The position numbers were made by a program, and so were the translations under genes. DNA of 64,000 nucleotides from contig CP110439.1 in assembly GCA_026914245.1 (NCBI GenBank), positions 930,001 to 994,000 on the forward strand, in the 5' to 3' direction. The notes beneath the pieces were generated by a model, which made no database searches, was not told where the DNA came from, and saw only the letters and a list, made by a program, of their open reading frames with translations. Every line of letters begins with the position of its first letter. Within the stretch, counting starts at the first letter, position 1. Of this stretch, positions 61,301-64,000 are shown one piece after another. The DNA is from Puccinia triticina (lineage: Eukaryota).

Positions 61301-62484
61301 CTTACATTGTGGTATGCTTCTTATCGAGGTAAAATCCCAGCAAAACCAAGAGAATGGTCGCGGGAAATCTACATTTACGCTATGCTTACATTGTGATTAT
61401 GCTTACATGGCGGGGTCACTGTAGATCTTCTATCAGCCCCAGTCTCAAGTGACGTCATTTGGCTCTTGGTCCTCCCAAAAAGTCTCCCTGCAAGAACTCC
61501 GCTCAGACCTCCCTTCCTTTATCCCCTCGGTTATATAAACCCTCTCTTTTCTGCAACCTTCTTACTTTCCCTCTTGGGGAACTGACAATCTTATTTACTG
61601 TCTATTATTGGAGCAATCATCATCATAATCTTTATCATCCGCTCCTGTTTCTCCACGCTTGACATCTTCATTTGTTGACATCTTTCATCATCATCAAGAT
61701 TCACAGCTTGATCTCTCTGTTTCAGCGCAATTCCCTTCTTCTCAACATTCCGCTGATCTTTGTTGTTTGCACCTCAATCCGCATCTCACTTCCTTCCAAC
61801 AACTCTTCAATCCCTGTCTACAGTTTGATAGACATCTCACATCATTCTTCTTTGTTTCTTGTCCGCTTGTGTTTCCTTGTGTCCGTCAGCTTGTGTTTTC
61901 TTTGCCTTTAGGTACTTTTCTTTTTCTTTTTGTATTTTATCTTGTGTATTTCCTCAGTCACATTACTTATCAGAAATACACTTCAGTTTGTTGATTAACA
62001 TACACAAGTCATGACATGTCACAGGTGACATTCAATTAAGTTGGTTGGGGGGGCTTGCGGCAACCGGCCTCAAAACCCAGCGTGCAGCTGTGTGATGGAT
62101 GTCCACCCTGACATTTGCGCAAACGTCAGGGTGGACATCAGACAGTGTTCATCAACCATTCAACTCCCCTCCTCCCCGCACACTGGATCCACTTTTTGAG
62201 ACAAATCCCGTGCAATACCACCGGCTCTCCCTGAGCCTGGCAGCCCACCATGGTTTGGTCCTGTGGGTATCAGTTTGGTTTCAGCACACACATATTACTA
62301 CATTTTCACTGACAAATGTAGTAATATGTTTGCACAGAAGATCAGCTGCATCAGTTTGGTGATTTCCCAATCTTTCAGAACTTGAGCAAAACAGATTTGA
62401 GAGTTGCATTTGTCTTTGAATCTCCTGATCATGACAGAAACTGCTCAGATCCAAGTTTATTAAATTCACAAAAACATGACAAAA

Positions 62485-64000
62485 AAGATCTAAGTTTTGG
62501 TGTGCAGCCTAAATTGGCCACTGTTGAATAGCTTACCCCCAAACACTAGGTGCAACGGGTAGACTCTCCAGCTTGTGACAGTGCAACAAGAAAAAAAGAG
62601 TCGGCATTTTGTTGTCTCAAGCAGGGGCCTAATCAAGCGAAGTAGGGGGCCTGCAGGGAGGGGCCAGGACGGAACCGGAACCCCTGGGCCAAGGGAAAAT
62701 TGCCCATCTCACCCTCCCTTTATATACCTGTTGACCAAAGCCTGACATTGGTCTGTAGCTGATCTCGTCTCCACCACCGCCCTGTTGGCCACCCAACCCA
62801 CGCCGCTAACGCCTCCGTTGCTCCCCTCCACCATGCTGGCGGCAACCATCACTTGACCCGCGCGCCACAGTTGAACCATTTCACACTGCCTTGCCAAACA
62901 CCCCACCCGCCACGCCACATTGGCTCCAGTTGATCAGTACAATGTTGCTCCTGAGACCGACTTATTGTGCACCAAGGCTGGTGGCGAGGAAGGTGACAAC
63001 CGCTGGGTAAGTTTATTTTGGCTTTTTTCACCTGCCCCTAGGAAGCGTTGCCCAAATTTCCAATGAAAGAGCACATACAATGTACACCCATATCAACAAG
63101 TTGCCTGTACCTTTGCCCTGTGGGCTGGCGAGCTTTAAAAGAAAGGCTCTGTGTGAGAGACCCAAAAGGGCAGGCCCGCAGGGTCTCTGTCTCATGGCAC
63201 TTCGGCAGAGATGCATGCTGGTGGCAGTGACGGTGCGCACTGCAATCTGCCCTCGCCAAGTTCAAGGGAGTCTCCAAGGCCGGAGGGGCAGCTCCCTTAT
63301 ATTCCTATGACGGCGTCCCTCCACAAACAGGAGACAACAGCTAGCCGGGCTCTGTTCCAATTGATTATAACGGTTCTGAATCCAACAAATTCGGCCATGT
63401 TCAACATTGACCCAACTCCAAGATTAACTCAACTCTGCCGTGATGGCTGAAGATCAATCAGAAGCTAGCCACCATCACACAATCACAGATTGATGGGCTG
63501 CTTGATCTTGGCGTGAATCTGGCCGAACAATGCGAACCCCGACAAGGATCTCAGTAGCACAAAGCCGTTGACCGCGGGAGCGGTGGCGGAGCCGATGGGG
63601 TCGATCTGAGTTGCATCACCGGTTCGCAAGTCGAGGAGACCGTCTTGAGGACGGACAGAGATGGACTTTTGCCTTACACAAGCACTCTCTAATCGGCTTC
63701 AACATGCCCACGTCCTTGTCTTACTGCCCTCAAACCATCCACCAAACTCGCCACCATTACCGACCGCCAAAAGCCAGAGAGCCCTGTTGCATCGACCACG
63801 TTGCCAGCCAACCAACGGCCGACGATAGCCGCTTGGGCATCAGCCACCAGACTATCTAGAAGGATTCCATGATCAATGGTACCCTTCACAATATATACCA
63901 TCTTGATTTTCTCACCCCTAACGCCAGCACTTCTTTCTCGTTACCTAGGGACCATGCTTGTAGCCCTCCCAGGACTTCTTCCTTGGCTCGATACCCGACC
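62485..64000 (+). mobile_element. Probable degenerate retroelement start (terminal repeat related to 7.7 kb, then decayed coding-like sequence) running off the window
   Basis: Repeat blocks shared with 7680-8050, TTATATA box near 62720, and GC-richer stop-interrupted frames after 63300. No diagnostic domain seen. Confidence 0.35.

Larger units (their letters stand above)
55609..61421. mobile_element. Tc1/mariner MITE termini enclosing the Copia element
   Basis: Perfect 24-bp TIR CAGTGACCCCGCCATGTAAGCATA (55609-55632 / 61398-61421), with TA on both flanks. Confidence 0.9.
55582..62000 (+). mobile_element. Solo LTR of about 600 bp split by nested insertions (55582-55608 + 61424-62000)
   Basis: TGTTGA...TTAACA termini; 5-bp TSD TACAC (55577-55581, 62001-62005); TTATATAAA box near 61531. 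Confidence 0.8.

Overview
Eukaryotic, intron-containing, repeat-dense fungal DNA. Gene style, transposon families and a strong TCG>TTG mutation bias suggest a rust fungus (Pucciniales); this assignment is inference. Recognisable host genes: a class II DAHP synthase and a divergently transcribed mitochondrial dicarboxylate carrier (1.9-6.2 kb), a spliced AT-rich candidate secreted protein (23.2-25.3 kb), tRNA-dihydrouridine synthase DUS2/SMM1 (25.9-27.6 kb), a dysferlin-domain Spo73/Mug65-like protein (32.8-35.8 kb) and a spliced hypothetical gene (39.4-41.1 kb). Most of the rest is mobile DNA. This includes a near-intact chromovirus (Ty3/Gypsy, 401-bp LTRs, TSD CATGT, apparent self-priming PBS), a Copia element nested in a Tc1/mariner MITE nested in a solo LTR, a gag-only Gypsy remnant, an IS630/Tc1 transposase pseudogene, several solo LTRs and many TIR-bounded non-autonomous elements (hAT, Harbinger, mariner). 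The most unusual observations are MITEs of different superfamilies carrying arrays of palindromic repeats, a TIR element carrying minisatellites plus telomere-like repeats and a tRNA-like segment, a Copia PBS complementary to a tRNA-Tyr anticodon arm, and TpCpG-targeted inactivation of young retroelements. No CRISPR array or rRNA was seen. Exon boundaries were read by eye.
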